DNA from: Eledone cirrhosa
Lineage: Eukaryota
DNA length: 64,000 nucleotides
Direction: 5' to 3'
Assembly: GCA_964016885.1 (NCBI GenBank)
Contig: OZ024744.1
Location: 15,562,001-15,626,000 of the forward strand
In this document: positions 37,181 through 51,312 of the stretch, piece after piece
Position numbering within the stretch: position 1 is the first letter of the stretch
Layout: each line of letters starts with the position of its first letter
Notes under the pieces: generated by a model
The model's input: the letters and a program-made list of their open reading frames with translations, nothing else
Told to the model about the DNA's origin: nothing
Databases searched by the model: none
Position numbers and translations under genes: made by a program

Positions 37181-37514
37181 ATGCTTTGGGAGGGTCATGT
37201 TGCCATCTTCTGAAGATGGCGTAGGACAGAACAAAGGAGAGGCACAAAACAAAGAAAGGGATCCCCAGTCACTGAGGAGGTCACAGAATGTGTGACTAAA
37301 GAAATTTGACAATATATGAAAACCGTCCGGTTATGGAATCAACCAACTAACCAACCAACCAACCGGAAATTTATAAATTTCATTTATAATAAATTGGAGT
37401 GAAACAACTGGTGCGTATGTTTCTTATTGGCAACATGACCCTCCCAAAGCATAACAATATCGGTTTCAACAGACGTTTTCAGATAAAGAATCTTGCTAAA
37501 CAAATTCAGAAACG

Positions 37515-37590
<76 letters not shown>

Positions 37591-37939
37591 TAATAAAAAC
37601 AATGAAATTATTTTTATTTTTATTTCATTGTTTTTATTAATTTATCTTGACTCTGTTTTCCTATGATTTTTATCGAACATTTTTGAATGCATCTTCTTCT
37701 CTTTTCATGATATTTGGATTACATTGAATTCTTCATACGTATTGGACACTATCGTATATTTTGGTAGATTTATCTACACACATATATATATATACATACA
37801 TACATATATGATGGCTTGATGGCTGCCTCCTCGTTATAGAATATGGCCATTGCACGATATACCATTATTGATAATTATTAATTAATTCTATCGTGCAATG
37901 CCTGTGCGTGATGATATTTTTTAAAGTGAGGAAAGACTG

Positions 37940-38145
37940 TGCACTGAGCCAATCCCACTCTCTGAGCGACAGTAGCTATAACCCGAAAAGAAGAAAAGAT
38001 CAACATCATCGGTAACTACTGAGCCACAGGTTTTATATCGGAGTTATCCCAGTTTCCTGAATTGCCTTCTCCTAGAAGAATGCCCTGACAAGGGCTCGGA
38101 GTCCTTCACTCCCACTGTTTTAACCGCGCGATAGGGTGTCCAGCC
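37940..38145 (-). mobile_element. Possible SINE-like dispersed repeat
   Basis: GCCTTCTCCTAG..CAAGGGCT..GAGTCC motif reminiscent of mollusc RUDI-type SINEs. Recalled only, not aligned. Confidence 0.3.
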
Positions 38146-38458
38146 CGACTATTTCTATGTCACCGCATACACATGCACTCACGTATATACGCATATACAT
38201 ATATATACATATGTACATATTTTCACACTTTTGGATGGCCGTTGACTCTTATCAATTCTTTCGCTCTTTGTCAGGTTTTGTTTTTTGTCCTGCATGGTTT
38301 ACAAATCACCGTCCTCACCAAGTAAACTTGGTGGGGTTGCCGGTTTACTCACCGACGACCCGACGATGCGACAGGTTGTACTGGGTTACATGTTACCAGT
38401 AGCACTCAAGAGTGACCCGCCATACATACATACATACATACATACATACATACATACA

Positions 38459-38490
<32 letters not shown>

Positions 38491-38735
38491 AAAATGAGTA
38501 AACTCATCGTTAGAACAACCGTTAAAACAGCTAAATGCTGCCAAAGACACCGATGGGCAAAAATGCCTTAGAAGACAGAGACCAATGGTCAACAGGGAAA
38601 TTTATAATAAATTGAAGTGATAACCAACAGCTGCATGTGTTTTTATTGGCATCATGACGATCCCAAAGTATAACAATATCGGTTTCAACACACGTTTTCA
38701 GATAAGAAATCTTGCAAAACAAATTAGAAAACGAA

Positions 38736-38823
<88 letters not shown>

Positions 38824-39356
38824 CTATCTCTATCTTATCACGTTAGCTCTATCAATATCAATGAAATACCAACACCAAATGCTCAAGCAAGAGAGACGTT
38901 TATTTAACACTTAAGTTTGTATTATAATAAAACATGACAGATCGATATTTCATCAATACGCTCAGAATTGAACCTGCTGTATGGCTATATCACATTCTGA
39001 TATTCGGATTCACATTTGCATCTCTTTAAACAAATAAGGAAGACGTAATTTCTGACAAGAGCAACATTTATTGAATTAACGAAGAAAATCGGAATATAAC
39101 TGTGAAACATATAAAGAATGAGGAAAGGAAGGAAAATAAAGTGTTAAGAGAGAGAGATGGTAGAGGGAGAGAGAGAGAAAAATGGGAGGGACAGTGAGGA
39201 AACCAAAAAAAGGTGTTAACTGGCAAAGTGAAAGGAGACAATAACAAAAAGCTAGAAAATGCGTTTGTGAGTGAGTGAGTGAGTGTGTGTTTGTGTGTGT
39301 GTGTTTGTGTCTGTGTGCGTGTGTGTGTGTAGAGAGAGAGAGCGAGAGATAGATTG

Positions 39357-42300
39357 ATAAATAAATAAATAAATAGATATATTTCTTTATTTGCCACAAG
39401 GGCGCACAAGAAAAGGGGACAATACAAAGACATGCCGGGAATTTTACATACAGTCGTGTAAAAATATAAAAACAAACAATTACAACAATCGAAATCCCCA
39501 ATAGGGGGGAGGCGCCACAAATGGGTTGTTTAATACCCCGTCGATAGAACAACCCTCAACTTCAGGAGGGTGTTGTGCAAGTGCTCCTTTCTTCCTTTTG
39601 CTCTCTTCTTTAACCTACAGGTTTATATACAGAGAAGGCCCAATCACTCGGGCCATTTTCGCTTCATTCACCCACCTTTCAGTAAATTTACTGGGGTGCA
39701 GTACCTCTCTCTCCACCCTGATTCTCCTTCTAAAGTGATACTTAAAGAAGGGAATGAGTTGTTGTCCGGAGAGAAAGGCATCTGTTCTCAGTCCTGTCAA
39801 TCTCGTCCACCATGCAACTTCTTTCACCATAGCCGCCGTACAGAGGAAAACCGCCTCTCTTTCATTTTTTAAAGAGGCTGGCGGTTTGATCCTTACTATG
39901 GACTCGGCAGTCAACTGGATTTGTCCCATACGCGACAGCAGTTGTTCTGCATATTTCCACAGGTCGGTTACGCCCGGGCAGTGTACAATTGCGTGCAGGA
40001 CGGTTTCAATATCCTGCGCGCATCTTGGACACGTCCTCTTGGAAGGATCCTGTCGGGGCGCCCGTGCCTGTAGGTCTTGTCACGAACTGGTAGAGCTCCT
40101 CGGTAGCACTGCCAGGCCAGGGACCTCTGGAAGTTGTCCATAGGTCCCGGGCGGAAAGTCCTACCAACCAGACTGGTGAGCTCATCGTCTTCGACGCCCA
40201 GAGTCTCTCCGAGCACGTCGTCGCCCTTGTAACGTACAATCCCTCGATAGAATGTCGAAGTGGAGTCTCCACTGATTGCTGTTTCCGCTTACCAGGGGAC
40301 TGTGAGCGCCTGAGTGCATCGTTTTCGGTCTTTTCTTGACCCAGGACTGCAGCTCCATCAGCGAGACGTGCTGCGGGAAAGCCTGTCTCACAAACGGTGC
40401 CCACACCGGTTGGGGATCAGTGAGGAATACCTGGAGTTGCAGCAGCCTCAGCGCATGTTTGCCTATCATCAGCCACGGAATTCACAGCTCTCTGTTGGAA
40501 AGGTGCTGACAGCAGACGAATCTCCTCACCAGCGGAGCCTGCTTCTTCCACAGAAAATGGAAGAGCATGCGTTCCATCTTGGCGAGGTGTTCACGGGGGC
40601 AAGGCATGAAAGTCAAACGGTAGTATATGACGGACGCTATGTAAGTGTTCGCCACCTCCGCTCGACCTTTCAAGGACAGTTTGCACTCTGCCCACTTCTG
40701 AGTGAGCGCAATACCCTTGGCTATGACCTCGTTCCAGTTTTTCTCCACCTGAAGGTCTGGACCGAACCAGACCCCGAGCAATTTCACCGGTCCGTCCGTC
40801 CAGCGTCCAACTACGCTGTCGCACGTCATCAGTTTGCCTCTCCACGTACCGAGTTGCAAACCGACAAACTTGTCCCGGTTTAGTTTTGCTCCCGTCAGCG
40901 TTTCGTATTCTTTCAGTAAGTTGCCGATCACCCCGATTTCCGATGTGCTCGACACCATTACCGTCACGTCGTCGGCATAAGCCGACGCCGCTTTTCGCAG
41001 TCCCGGTTCTAGAGGGATGCACTGCAACAGCTCCAATTTCTGCAGTAATGGCTATAGAGTCAATACATACAGAATGGAGGAGAGAGGGCACCCCTGTCGA
41101 ATGGAACGACCGCGTGATTGCGAACGGCTTCGATAGGTAGCCGTTCACCTTGACCCTCGAGCAGATGCTGGTGTGCATCGCCTCGATCCACTCTCTGAAG
41201 GCGGGTCCGAAATCGGCCGCCTTGAGAACCGCTTCCAAGTATCGATTGTCGAACCTATCGAATGCCTTAGACTGATCCAAATTGATCAGAGCCCCACCGA
41301 AGCCGGGTTTACTACCCACCTTCTCTATGATTTATCGCATGAGGTGGAGGTTGTCGTGTATGGACCTGGTCGGGATTGCACACGTTTGCGCTTTACCTAC
41401 CAGGTTCTCGACGACAAGCGCTAACCTCGTCACTAGCACCTTGGACAAAATCTTTAACTCTGTGTTGAGCAGAGTTATGGGCCTGAAGTTGTTAATTTCG
41501 TCCCCCTTGTTCTCGTCTTTCCTGATCAGCGTTACTACGCCCTTGCCTGCAGAACTGGGATTTCTCCCCGTTCTGCTGCCAATTGCAGTAGACAGCTTCG
41601 AGGACTCCAGAGAACAAATCCGGCAAGCCTATGTAAAACACATAGGGTAGACAATCTAGACCGGGTGACTTGCGTTTCCCGCAGCGGCCCAGAGCGTCCC
41701 ATATCTCAGTGTCCGTGATCGGTCTTTCGCAGAAATCGGCGTCCATGTTCGAGAGACGCGGCAGGCCGTCGAGGTATGACCTAAAGTCCATTGCCCCGTT
41801 CGGCTCACCGTCGTTCTGCTCAAACAGTCGCGCAAAGTGCTGCTGAAAGGCCGCGCACATTTGCTTGGAGTCAAGTAGCACGCGTCCGTTTTGATCTTTC
41901 AAAGACCGAATCGTGGACTTGTTGCCACTTTTTGCCTCTGCCACTCGGGCCCAGCTAACAGCTTTTGCTCCTTCGTTTCCTAGAGCACGTGATTTACTTC
42001 TGACTACGCAGCCTTCGTGTTTCGCGTCGAAGAACTGGTCCAGTGCCGTTCTCGACACTAACACTCTAAACGCATTGTCACTCCTAAGCGCCTCCTCTAC
42101 CTTGGCTACTAGTTCTGTTTCTGTATTGTTTTTCTCTAAGGCTAACTCTCTGCTAAAGTCTATCGACTCTACTCTAATTGCTCTCTTGAGAGAGTACCAC
42201 CATCTATTGTTGACGATGGCTCCCGCCAACTGTTGCTTAACTAATCTACTTATCTGTTCACTGTACGCTTTACGTGTCGATAGCGACACGTTCAGCTTCC

Positions 42301-42835
42301 AGTATCTGGGTCCTTGTCTACGTATTCTATCACGACTATGTAGATGCCCCAGTTGGGGCATAAACGGCCACCAGTCTGAAGACTCCACCTCCAACACTGT
42401 TCACGTCTAGGACTACCAGTCTACCCTCCGGGTCCAAGTGTACTTGCTGTACTTCGAGGTCCAGGTTTTTCCGAAACATGACAGCCACTCCCCCTCCACC
42501 TCCTGGCTGACAGAGCGATGCGTAGATCTCAAAGTCATTGAAGATGGGGGTTAATTGCTGCCTGTTGTGGATCCTGTACTCGGTGATGGCTATCACACCC
42601 ATACCGTGTGACCTAAGTTCGTTTAAAGGTTGGCCCTGTTTCCAGGGCATCCCTAGGCCACGTACATTCATGCTTCCAATTCGTAAATTAGCTATGTTGG
42701 TGGAGAAGAGTTGGAAAAAGGACGAAAAGGTGCACTTACCTTTTCGTTTCCTGGAGATCGAGCTGTTCAATCTCCATGTGGGTGCTAGTGGGAGTGGGGA
42801 AACATTTTAACAGGACGCGGTTTATGGGTTTATGA
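39357..42835 (-). mobile_element. L1/Tx1-type LINE ORF2 to 3' end with (TATT)n tail
   Basis: APE (with a ~340 bp internal deletion at 42343), RT SAYADDV, AATAAA plus a TATT tail at about 39357-39390. Positions 41881-42830 closely match 1-1310. Confidence 0.92.
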
Positions 42836-45812
42836 CGCTGTCGGAAGGCATCGGTTTGCCTCTCCACGTGCCGAGTTGAAAACCTACAGACTTGTCCGGG
42901 TTCAGTTTTCCAGCCGTCAGCGTTTCGTATTCCTGTAGTAAGTTGTCGATTACCCCGATTTCCGAGGTTTTCGACACCATTACGTTCACATGAGGGCGTG
43001 TAGCTGAGTGGTTAGAGAATTGGATTCACAATCTTGAGGTAGTGAGTTCGATTCCTGGACCGGGCGATGCGTTATGTCCTTGAGCAAGACACTTTATTTC
43101 ACGTTTCTCCTTCTACCTAGAGTTGCGACCGATAGATATTATTAGCAACTGGAAAGACCGACGAAAACATTGTTTCCTCGGTCCGATTTGACAAAAGTCA
43201 TTCGATCCTTTTTTACGGTCATGTCGGCGGCGTAGGCCGATGCTGCTTTTCGTAGTCCTGGTTTCATCGGGATGCCTTGTAATAGCACCAACTTTCGCAG
43301 TAGTGGCTCGAGAGTCAGTGCATACAGAATGGAGGAGAGAGGGCATCCCTGGCGGATGGAACACGTGACTTGGAATGGCTCCGATAGGTAACCATTGACC
43401 TTGACTGCCGAGCAAATGTTGCTGTGCATGGCAGCGATCTAGCCTCTGAAGACGGGGCCAAAACCGGCCGCTTTGAGAACTGCTTCTAAGTATTGATGTT
43501 CGACCCTATCTAAATACCTTAGATTGATCTCAATTGATCAGAACCCCACCGAAGCCAGGTTTACACACTACCCCCTCTATAATGTATCGCATGATGTGGA
43601 GGTTGTCGTGTATGGATCTAGTCAGGGTTGCACACGTTTGAACTTCTCCTACCAGGGTTTCAACGCTTCTAACACCTTGGTCAAAATCTCCAACTCTGTG
43701 TTGAGCAGAGTTATGGGCCTGAATTGCTTATCTCATCCCCCTTGTTCTCATCTTTCCTGATCAGCGTTACTACGCCTCTGCCTACAGAACTGGGAATTAT
43801 CCCGTTCTGCTGCTATTTGCAGTAGATCGCTTTGAGGACGTCAGAGAACAAGTCTGGCATGCCTCTGTAAAACTCATAGGGTAGAAAATCTAGACCGGGT
43901 GACTTACATTTCCCACAGTGGCCTAGGGCGTCTTCTATTTCGCCTGCTGCGATCGGCCTTTCGCAGCTCTCTGCATCCATGTTCGAGAGTCACAGTAGGC
44001 TGTCGTGGTAGGGACTGAAGTCCGTCCCGCAGCTTGGCACACCACTCTGATCGAAAGGTTGTGCAAAGTGCTGCTGGAAAACCATGCACATCTGCTTGGA
44101 TTCAAGTAGTACGCGTCCGTCTTGGTCTTTCAAAGACTGAATTGTGGATTTGTTGCCACTTTTCGCCTCTGCCACTCGGGTCCAGCTAACAACTTTGGCT
44201 CCTTCGTTTCTCAGAGCACGTGTTCTACTTCTGACAATACAACCTTCGTGTTTCACATTGAAGAACTGGTCTAGTGCCGTTCTCGCTGCTAGCACGGCAG
44301 CTGTACTGCCATTTCTAAGAGCCTTTTCTACTTTGGCTACCAAATTTTTTCTATTTTGTTCTTCTCTAAAGTTACTTCCTTGCTAAAGGCTATCGATTCT
44401 ACTCTAATTGCTCCCTTGAGAGAGTAACACCACCTATTGTTAACGATGGCCCCGTCATCTGGCGTTTAACTAAAGTGCTAATCTGTTTACTATAATCTTT
44501 ACGCGTTGGGAATGAAATGTTTAGCTTCCAGTATCCTTGTCCCTGCTGTCTATGTGTTCTATCAAGTTTGACTACGCAGGTCACTAATTTGTGGTCTGAA
44601 TAGGCAACCATGTGCATTTGTCGACAGCTTGACGTTTCCCTGTCATTTTGTCTAATTAGAAATCTATCTAAATACGATCTAGAAGAGCCATTGCGGTTGC
44701 TCCACGTCCACAGTGGTGCACTTGGGAAATCTAGCTGATATCTATCAGATTTTCGAGGCTATTACACCCTCTCTATTATCACAAGCTCCTACATAGTCCC
44801 AACGTGGATCTAAGATACCATCCCAGTCCCCCGCTAACAGTAAAGAGCGAGACGTTCCCAGGAAATACTCCAGACGCTTAAAGAACTCCGGCCGTGATAT
44901 CCTAGTCGAGGCATATACGACCACCAGTCTCAAAGCTCCACTTCACTACCATTCACGTCTAGGACCACCTCCGGGTTCAAGAAGATTGTCTGTATTTCAA
45001 GAACCGGGTTTTCCCGAAACAGTACAGCAATTCCCATTCTACCTCCTGGCTGACAGAGAGATGCTTAGTGGAAGTTGTCGAGTATGGGGGTTAACTGCTG
45101 TTTGTCATGAATCTAGGACTCACTGATAGCTATCACATCTATACGGTGTGACCGAGGTTATTTTAAAGTTGGCCCTATTTTCAGGGCATGCCCATGCCAC
45201 GCGCATTCAGACATACTACTCGTAAATTCGTAAATTTCACTCTTGGAGGTCGGGTTGCTCAATCTCCATGTCCAGATTGGGAATACTTGGGGAGGGAGTG
45301 AATCCTTTCAACAAAACACGAGGTTAAGGGGATTTTGGCAGTGGCGGCCGGGGAGAGGGGTCAAAACATGGGAAGTCCTGTCTCATAGTTTCATATTGTA
45401 AGTTTGTGACCCTGATTAGTTTCAGGTTTGTAGGTAGGTCATTGATTGGGAAAGGTTTCCCTTCTGTTTGGATGGTGAGGCCCTTTCGGATAGTTTCTAA
45501 TAGTTTTCCGTTCCTTGTTCTTATGTATGTGTAGTGTGTTTTGCTTTTGATGTGTGCTGTTTCTATTTGTAGTTTTCTTTTTGTGGTTGGGGTTTGTGGT
45601 TGAGGTGGTATGGGTGTTTGTTTTGTTGGTGAAGTGTCTGGTTGTGGTGGTGGTGATTGTGTTGTTGGTGTGGTTGTCATTTGTGGTAGTGTGTTTATGT
45701 CGGTGGTTGGTGTGTGCGTGTCGTCTGTGTGTGTTGTTGCTTTTGTATTTTTTCTGTCTTTTTTTAACTTTTGAATATTTGGGGTTCCTCTTCATCCTCA
45801 CTTGGTATTATG
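42836..45812 (-). mobile_element. Further L1/Tx1-type LINE copy (ORF1 end, APE, RT), degenerate
   Basis: SIRQGCPLSS, AYSDHKLV, AGDWDGILD, and a Thr/Pro-rich ORF1 tail at 45324-45800. Confidence 0.88.
42992..43212 (+). mobile_element. tRNA-SINE inserted in the Tx1 RT region with a ~12-bp degenerate TSD
   Basis: A box TAGCTGAGTGG, B box GAGTTCGATTCC, CCTTGAGCAAGACACTT. Flanks are TTACGTTCACAT and TTACGGTCATGT. Confidence 0.82.
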
Positions 45813-47244
45813 TTTAGAATACACGTGTTAGTGGAATATTCGGCCGCGTTATTTTCATGAACAGGCTGTTTGGCAGATCGAACAACTGGTTCACACATCT
45901 TCGAAAGTGACCGAGGTCCTCCATTCCACTATGGAAATACATTGCATTGTAATGCTTACCTAACTGAGTCACTCGGTTGCTACAGTAACTGTGTGATGGT
46001 TCGGCTAGTGAAGTCAAAATTAAAGATCAAATGTAAAGTGGTTGAGTATGTTTGTGTGTGTATATCTCCGACGTGTTGATTTACTGGAACTGAGATCTGG
46101 GATCTAGTCGGATTATTGATCCTTCAAACCTGTGTATGTGTACACATATAAGTAATATTCAATATATCCTTGTTTAATATTGTGTATGTGTGTATATGTG
46201 TGACATCAGAACGAGTATCCTCCACCACCAACTAACTTACCCTCCGCCTCTAGTTCCTGGTCGATACATTGCCCCGGAGAATGGCGAGGGAGACGTACTG
46301 GAACATTCACTTCACCTGGTAGGAATCACACCTGTGGGCAGCCATCTCTGTTCTGGTAGCCGTGAGCAGGGATGTGATCCTGGGCCAAAATCTACGGAAG
46401 TCTCCACTGTCACAGGTTCAACCACAAACCTAGAAGAGGCGGTCGATATATGGGCAGTTTGCCCTCTTTGGCCTGGCGGGCAGCAGAGCCTGGGCTGGTA
46501 GTCGAATGCATCAGGTTGTCATTAGAGAAGGTCTCACAGCTTGATGTTACTTTACAACTGGAGTAGGCATTAAACACGGTTTCTTTTCCTGTCCGTCACC
46601 TTTACTATTCAATGTACACTCGGTTCTCAAATAATACCCCCCCCCCCGCGGTTATACCCACCACCCCGCTTCTTCTTCGATGGAGCTTTATTTTAAGTGG
46701 TAGCATTCCGGCGACAATTACTTTTTCTTTATACCTTAATAAAACTTTTAAAAAAGTACATTATTAGAAATCCCATATGTTATAAAATAAATAGGATGGA
46801 TTGGGGTCTTAATATGTAAACTAAATGACTAATTCTGGTTTAAAAAAAAATCAACGGAGACACCCTAGAAAAATTGCCGATTTTCCAGCCCCTTCCCCTT
46901 ATTATTTGGGACCCAAGAGTAGATCGAATTCAAGGAAAAGTGTCACAGGACAAAAAGTTACATTATATTTAAATAACAGAATAAATAGTAATTACTTAAA
47001 AACAATGGAAACAAACCGATAGAGATAAAAAGGAAAATATAAAAATTGTAAAATTCCGAAAAACAACAACAAACCATTGTAAAATTCCAGTTTAAACCTA
47101 TACTTCCTATCGAAAATTGTGTCCTCTTGTAATTATATTTGAGTTCACCCTCAAATCATATCATGCAATGTGTGTGGGAGGGGTATATGTATAGTCACGC
47201 CTGCACTATTGATTTTAGTTCTCCTTGATCTGGGATCACATCAG

Positions 47245-47925
47245 TTCTTCTTCTTCTTCTTCTTGAGAGGGTCATAGGGTGTGTGGCAGAGTCTTCAAAC
47301 ACACCCTTCCAGAAGGTCCTGTGAGAAGCAACCATATTCAACTGATCCGGCTGAATCCTCAAGCGCGACCAGCCATGCTCATGGATGTTATCCAAGCATC
47401 CTGCTCTGGGTCTGCCACTGAGTCTCTTGCCGGTTGCTTTTGCCCGTAAAATCTGATCTCTTTGACTCTGTGCTGGATGCTTTTGTTAAGAGAGGGGCTG
47501 AGATGTCAACTGATCACCATCTACAACTTGAAACTACGTAAAGCCAAAGCAGCCCACAAAACTGGCAGGTCCAGAGCGACCTACAGGAAAAAAGTGGGAA
47601 GTATTGGTGGATTAGGAAACCAGGTATGATACTATTGCATCCACATTCAGAAAACTCCCTGAGCAAACTGAGGATGTTGAGACAGAGGGGAGATTGTTCA
47701 GCAGAGCAGTTTCTACTTCAGTTATTAAATTCTGTGGGCGAAAGAGGTTTGGTGTGGTGCCAGATGGCAGGAAGACTCCTTGGTTCAATCAAGAGGTCAA
47801 AGATGCCAAAGAAGGAGGCCTACAAAGCTTGGCTTAGAAATAAGTCCTTCTTCTCGTACTTGCAGTACAAGCAGGCTCGAAGAATCGCAGCAGAAACAGT
47901 GTAAGCGTCCAAAGTTAAGGCATCG
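47245..47925. mobile_element. RTE fragments: 3' end on minus (47245-47460, (AGA)n tail) joined to an APE/RT linker on plus (47470-47925)
   Basis: The plus part encodes KRGAEMSTDHHL and WFNQEVKDA. The minus part matches 5085-5240. Confidence 0.7.
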
Positions 47926-48336
47926 AGGACTAATTCTGGTTTTTAAAAAGTCAACGGAGACATCCGAGAAATATTAACCCAGATGGAATGCATTGTTGTG
48001 TTTAAATATGTTGGATTAGAGGAAAACTTAATTGGTGTAGATTTGAAACAATAATACATCATATTGCAATAAATTTATTGATCTTCTATTGATCTTGTAT
48101 ATTGCATATTTTCTTTTTATGGTGAATTCGGATAAATTGGAAGTCTTTTAAAAGGGGTATATTTACTGAATCCTGGGGAAGTTTGCAAATAAATATACAG
48201 ACAAGACACACATACACTCAGCACACACCGCACACACACATATATATATATATGACTCTGTAGCTTGTTTAGAATCTACAATGCGATGAAAGTCTACTAC
48301 AAAACCAATATCTCTCTCGTTGGGATCGTCTCTTAA

Positions 48337-48542
48337 CTCTTTATCATTTACATTACTCTATATACTATTGTAGTTTCATGGTAAAGGCTTTATCTCACAT
48401 AATATCGAATCTATGAGATTTCGATATTATTTATTTTGAGAACAATACCTTAACATCAGTATGAGTGACCGGTTATAGCCGGTTTGAACAGAAAGGGGTG
48501 AGAGAATTCTGGCCGGATACGGCCAATTTAAATGCTAAAGTG
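48337..48542. mobile_element. piggyBac-type MITE with TTAA TSD
   Basis: TTAA|CTCTTTATCATTTA ... TAAATGCTAAAGTG|TTAA, a 14-bp TIR with 2 mismatches. Confidence 0.7.
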
Positions 48543-48595
48543 TTAAAAGCTTCAGGAATTTTAACACCGATATTGGGCCTACCATAAACATGTAT

Positions 48596-48677
<82 letters not shown>

Positions 48678-48988
48678 ATAGATAGATAGATATAGATAGA
48701 AAGTGAAAAAGGCGATGTGTGGTTACTAACAAATATTTAGAAAATGTAAGAGACACACAAACATAAGGGCAGTTCCCGCCCGTCGGTATCTGCTGTGGGT
48801 CGCTGATGTTTCGACGCATTAAAGACAGTACATCTCACCACAACACGTTGATAACTAAGAAGAATAGTTATCCGGGAGTAAAAAAACACAAACAAAAAAC
48901 ACAGACGATAGCGAAGAGAACGACAAAATAAAATAAAATAAAATAAAACAAATCCTTATCTTTGTGTTTTCCTTACGTTTTCTAAATA

Positions 48989-49159
48989 CCGTATTTCCCG
49001 GCGATGAAGACGCTTCGTCCTCGAGGACGCACCTTAATTTTGACAACTCAAAAATTTCAAAAAGAAAAAAATAAATAACCTTCGACCTCCAGGACGCATG
49101 GTAGATTTTTGAGACTTATTTTAGGGGAAAAGTAGCGTCTTTGACGCCGGGAAATACGG
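48989..49159. mobile_element. Tc1/mariner-pogo-type MITE (171 bp) with TA TSD
   Basis: TA|CCGTATTTCCCGGCG ... CGCCGGGAAATACGG|TA, perfect 15-bp TIRs. Confidence 0.88.
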
Positions 49160-49298
49160 TAATATTTATAAGTAACCACACAGCGCCTTTGTCACTTTTA
49201 ATTCTTATTTATTTATTGCCGTGGCCTCCGTTCAATCTTCCCTATATATAATGATACTGAAGAATCATTATATAATTAAACCGTGGTTATTTATTCGT

Positions 49299-49446
<148 letters not shown>

Positions 49447-49489
49447 TATATATAATTTGTAGTAAGGTTGCTTGGATGAGTATATATAC

Positions 49490-50165
49490 TGCTTCGGGCT
49501 CACCACCACTGACATCCACCAATTCCTATCCATCGTCGTTGACAACACACACTTCGGATTCCTCGACCAAACATACCAGCAAACCTCGGGACTCCCCATG
49601 GGCTCAAGCCTATCAGGTGTGCTAGCGATCTCATACATGGACAGCCTCGAGCGCAAGGCACTCAACGCCTGCCACCCCAACGCCGACGCCTTTTTCTCAA
49701 GGTACGTGGACGACATCCTCATCTTCACATCTTCCCAGGAGATGGCGAACAGAATCTATGGGACGTTCAACAACACGGACGAGAACATTGATTTCATTGT
49801 TGAACACCCCAGCGACGACGGGTCACTTGCCCTTCTCGACTTCCAAATCAACATCACGGAACAGGGGGGGATCCACTCCAACTTCTACCGAAAGGCAGCC
49901 TGCAAGGACCTGTTCTACCACTACAAGTCCGCCCTCCCTAACAGTGCTAAAAGAGGATACATTACGAACGAGATCACGCGAATTAAAAACAGATGCAGCG
50001 ATCCCGCGAGTGGTGTCACCCACACCAAGCGATTCCTCAAAGTGCTGGAGACGAACGGGTACCCTGCCTCACTCACAAACAGAATAGGAGACACCAGACG
50101 CAAGAGGCAGAGAAACGCCCAAGGCAAGTGCTTCCTTAAAATACCACACCTGGGCGAGCAGCGGA
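49490..50165 (+). mobile_element. Penelope-like RT fragment (different family from 35534)
   Basis: YQQTSGLPMGSSLSGVLA, FSRYVDDILI, LALLDFQI, FYRKA and YKSALP in an uninterrupted frame, GC-richer than the flanks. Confidence 0.9.
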
Positions 50166-50413
50166 GGACACGTTTCGCACCTTTCCGACAGACCCCCCCC
50201 CAGTTGATGTATGTGAATCCGAAATATATAGGGACAATTAAATCTCACCCAAGGTAACTCTATCTCGTGTTATTATTTTTATTTTTTACGCTCTTTCCTA
50301 CGTTATACATCTCAATCTACATTCACTGACATCTCTCTCTTCACCACCGGATCTTGTTACCCGGAGAATTACCCATCTGCATTGTTGAGGCTTCCAAAAC
50401 GACCTAAAGAAAT

Positions 50414-50467
<54 letters not shown>

Positions 50468-50472
<5 letters not shown>

Positions 50473-51262
50473 GGTATGGATATTCCAACAGGCACTAGGT
50501 ACCTACAGAAATATGCCTGGTGTTTATAATAGTTGTGGTCCGATGGTACTAATTTGAGATACCAGAACTATAAAAATGAGCGGAGCAAGCAATTATCAAA
50601 CAATCTTTTTAATAAATTAAAAAACGATTTAAATATTCACCTGTTCTATTGCTGTTACCGACGGTTTCACTAATCAAAAGATTGGAAATTCAGAGAATTT
50701 CCAATGGAAAGAATTAGATCTCCAGACAGCTATTTCCATACTATAAGGGTGCAAAACCTCACAGTAAGTCAATATTTCGCTTACTGCCCGACGCATGCGG
50801 TCAAGCCGTTGAAGTGACGCACACGCAAAAATAGGCCACAAGTAAAAACGGGTTATTATAAACTTGCTGATCATGCCGCTAAAAATAGAGCGCGATACAA
50901 CGTTTTGTTCTCTACATAAAGAGAAAAATTATAAAAGGGTATGGATACTCCAACAGGCACTAAGTACCTACAGACATATGCATAGTGTTTATAATAGTTG
51001 TGGTTCGATGGTACTAATTTGAGATACCAGAACTATAAAAATGAGCGGAGAAAGCAATTATAAAACAATCATTTAAATAAATTAAAAAACGATTTAAATA
51101 TTCGCCTGTTTTATTGCCGTTACCGACGGCTTTCCATTGGAAATTCTCCGAATTTCCAATCTTTTGATTAGTGAAACCGTCGGTAACAGCAATAGACAGG
51201 TGAATATTTAAATCGTTTTTTAATTTATTTAAAAGATTGTTTGATAATTGCTTGCTCCGCTC

Positions 51263-51266
<4 letters not shown>
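50468..51266. repeat. Direct plus inverted duplicated ~200-bp unit between (TA)n tracts
   Basis: 50468-50665 is repeated at 50933-51129, and 51131-51266 is the reverse complement of about 50574-50709. Confidence 0.9.

Positions 51267-51312
<46 letters not shown>

Noticed and set aside
37455-37495. CTGAAAA..GAAACCGATA on the minus strand (also about 38675-38705) as a minimal hammerhead
   Set aside because: G8 is missing in both copies and there is no stem I complementarity.
42992-43070. tRNA gene candidates (also 7350-7425, 12460-12536, 22750-22825)
   Set aside because: A and B boxes are present but there is no complete cloverleaf, and most continue into SINE body sequence.
45828-46500. Possible LTR (TGTTAG...TGACA) with a PBS-like TCAGAA and gag-like downstream sequence
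   Set aside because: No TSD, second LTR or recognisable protein motif could be confirmed.
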